A stretch of DNA of 64,000 nt from Octopus bimaculoides (taxonomy: Eukaryota). Below the pieces are notes generated by a model. It was given only the letters and a program-made list of their open reading frames with translations. It searched no databases and was not told the DNA's origin. Location of the stretch: assembly GCF_001194135.2 (NCBI RefSeq), contig NC_068985.1, forward strand, positions 93,042,341 through 93,106,340, read 5' to 3'. Below are positions 63,871 through 64,000 of the stretch, in pieces (position 1 is the stretch's first letter; every line of letters begins with the position of its first letter). A program made the position numbers and the translations under genes.

Positions 63871-64000
63871 TGTACATTATTTACATTTGACAGATATTTG
63901 TCCTCATCTTATTTGTTGTTCACACAATGTTTCGGCTGATATACCCTCCAGCCTTCATCAGGTGTCTTGCAGAAATTTCAAACCGCGGTTCTCATTCCTA
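63871..64000 (-). mobile_element. Family E segment running off the window end
   Basis: Reverse complement of the 3' region of the 62350-62593 element. Confidence 0.9.
63921..63966 (-). ncRNA. Minimal type I hammerhead ribozyme motif
   Basis: Minus strand: GACAC-CTGATGA-A-GGCTG(GAGGGTATAT)CAGCC-GAAA-CA-TT-GTGTG. Perfect 5-bp stem II; the ACGT palindrome is changed to ACAT. Confidence 0.65.

Overview
Eukaryotic, AT-rich, intron-dominated DNA, very likely from an octopus (inferred from the repeat families, not proven). The + strand carries 11 consecutive coding exons of a nephrin-family (NPHS1/sticks-and-stones/SYG-2-like) receptor. They splice in frame through canonical AG/GT sites to 2100 nt: the last five Ig domains, one FN3 domain, a transmembrane helix and part of a Tyr-rich cytoplasmic tail. 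The gene continues beyond both window edges. The introns (up to 30.8 kb) hold several tRNA-derived SINE families, decayed RTE, CR1/L2-like and R4/Dong-like LINE fragments, MITEs, microsatellites and one 405-N assembly gap. The most unusual element is a 350-bp insertion at 62275-62624 bounded by a perfect 14-bp target-site duplication. It joins a tRNA-Thr-like Pol III head to a minimal (dimer-type) hammerhead ribozyme motif and shows Penelope-style geometry (inverted upstream arm plus a ~30-nt 3' tail). Two related copies lie at 9.1 kb and 63.9 kb. This suggests a ribozyme-bearing SINE mobilised by Penelope-like elements; its novelty could not be checked here.
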